This document shows, piece after piece, positions 62,329 to 64,000 of a DNA stretch of 64,000 bases. The notes beneath the pieces are model-generated. The model was not told the origin of the DNA. It saw only the letters and a list, made by a program, of their open reading frames with translations, and did no database searches. Made by a program: the position numbers and the translations under genes. How positions within the stretch are numbered: the stretch's first letter is position 1; the number at the start of each line of letters is the position of its first letter. Source of the DNA: Malacoraja senta (Eukaryota). Where the stretch lies: NCBI GenBank assembly GCA_038087875.1, contig CM075991.1, positions 10,170,001-10,234,000 of the forward strand. Reading direction: 5' to 3'.

Positions 62329-63321
62329 CATGGGGTGAATGGCCTAATCCTGTTCCTATAACGTATGAACATGAACTGTGACATGAATTGTAATTGCATT
62401 TTGTGGAGAGTGACGCACAGTGACATGAATGCCCGGATGGTCTTGCGACACGACAATGTTTGTATTACCATCATCCTTGTGCCAGGAATTCGTGAAACAT
62501 TTGCTGAAGAATTCTTAGATCAGTGCGCTTCTAGTCAATGGAGAAAGGGATCAGTATTGAGCAACGAGCGTGCAGGGTAAATGGAGTTAGTTTAGTTTAG
62601 TTTTGAGATCCATCAAAGAAACAGGCCCTTCGTCACTCCGAGCCCGCACCAACCAGCGATCACTGGTTTTATCCCACACTCTCGGGCAACTTACAGAAGC
62701 CAATATACCTACCAACCTTCGGAAAGTCGGAGGAAACCGGAGGACTCAGAGAAAACCCACACGGTCACAGAAGAACCTACAAACAGCATACAAGCACCCG
62801 TAGTCAGGATCGAACCTGGGTCTCTGGCACTGTGAGGCAGCAACTCTACCACTGTGATGTTTAATGAGGGAGTATTTGAGAGATCAATAACCCCAACAAG
62901 GTTCACAAGGATGTTACCGGGACCGGAGGGCTTCAGCTCATAACGTCATCAGTGATAGAAGCAGAATTAGGCCATTCGGCCCATCAAGTCTACTCCACCA
63001 TTCAATCGTTCTCAGTGGGCTATTTCTGTCCACTTTGCTAATTGGGGATCGAGCTTTGGTATGACAATGCTTCACTGAACACTCTGTCTCTGTGTGATTG
63101 CACCACTGACCATCCAGGGAAAAGAACATTGTAATAAATGGTAACCCAAGCTTGAGGGGCCGAATGGCCTCCTTTTAGTTTAGTTTAGAGAAACAGCGCG
63201 GAAACAGGCCCTCTGGTCCATTGAGTCCGTGCCAACCAGCAATCCCTGCACACTAACACTATCCTACACACACTAGGGACAATTTACATTTATACCAAGC
63301 CAATTTACCTACAAACCCGAA

Positions 63322-63760
63322 GATAGACTTGGCTTATACTCGCTAGAATTTAGGAGATTGAGAGGGGATCTTATAGAAACATACAAAATTCTTATGGGGG
63401 CTGGACAGGCTAGATGCAGGAAGATTGTTCCCGATGTTGGGGAAGTCCAGGACAAGGGGTCACAGCTTAAGGATAAGGGGGAAATCCTTTAAGACCGAGA
63501 TGAGAAAAAACTTTTTCACACAGAGAGTGGTGAATCTCTGGAACTCTCTGCCACAGAGGGTAGTTGAGGCCAGTTCATTGGCTATATTTAAGAGGGAGTT
63601 AGATGTGGCCCTTGTGGCTAAAGGGATCAGGGGGTATGGAGAGAAGGCAGGTACGGGATACTGAGTTGGATGATCAGCCATGATCATATTGAATGGTGGT
63701 GCAGGCTCGAAGGGCCGAATGGCCTACTCCTGCACCTATTGTCTATGTATCTATGTATCT
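63322..63760 (+). mobile_element. CR1 LINE 3' end
   Basis: ORF 63425..63664; (TATCTATG) tail. Confidence 0.92.
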
Positions 63761-63783
63761 TTAGACACAAATGGCTGGAGTAA

Positions 63784-64000
63784 AGGGCCTGTTCCACTGT
63801 ACGAGGTAATTCAAGAGTTCTCCCGAGTTTTCCCCTGATTTGAACTCGGAGAATGTCCGTAGCCGGTCCGTAGGAGTTCGTGGATGTCTCGTAGCGGCCC
63901 GTACTAGTAAAAAGTAACCATTTTTTTCATCACGAGTATTTTTTTACTCGTGGACATTTTTCAGTGTTGAAAAAACATCACGAGTTTACCGGATTTCCCG
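63784..64000. mobile_element. PIF/Harbinger-type MITE, left part (runs off the window)
   Basis: TAA followed by AGGGCCTGTTCCACTGTACGAG...CAAGAGTTCTCCCGAGTTT...GAACTCGGAGA, homologous to 17813-18131. Confidence 0.7.

Noticed and set aside
62486..62577. Possible internal exon (IRETFAEEFLDQCASSQWRKGSVLSNERA)
   Set aside because: The AG/GT bracketing is at chance level and the peptide is unrecognised.

Overview
Eukaryotic, repeat-dense non-genic DNA from a cartilaginous fish, probably a skate or ray. This is inferred from the HE1-like tRNA-derived SINEs, the HER1/CR1 LINE tails, and one 200-N scaffold gap. I could not recognise any host protein-coding exon, rRNA, true tRNA or CRISPR array. Almost every ORF in the track is a transposon fragment, the antisense of one, or a translated microsatellite. 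Contents: (i) more than 20 5'-truncated CR1 LINE ends from several subfamilies; (ii) more than 20 tRNA-headed SINEs; (iii) Rex1/Babar, L2 and two TSD-flanked L1 3' ends; (iv) two full-length, mutated Passport-like Tc1 (DD34E, IR/DR) transposons whose lesions complement each other; (v) four PIF/Harbinger-type MITEs; (vi) a possible DIRS remnant; (vii) long (CA/TG)n arrays and a 13x32-bp minisatellite. The most interesting signal is a very abundant 90-260 bp repeat carrying a minimal type-I hammerhead ribozyme core (CTGAnGA-A-GGGT nnnn RCCC-GAAACGT[C/T]). Three copies join it to the C-terminus of a Penelope-like GIY-YIG endonuclease, so it is a Penelope pseudo-LTR. Most copies are ORF-less, often fold-back, and several have their own 10-18 bp target-site duplications. 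One locus has two intact ribozyme cores in tandem. Together these suggest a non-autonomous, ribozyme-bearing (retrozyme-like) mobile family. All coordinates were read by eye, and the edges of degenerate repeats are approximate.
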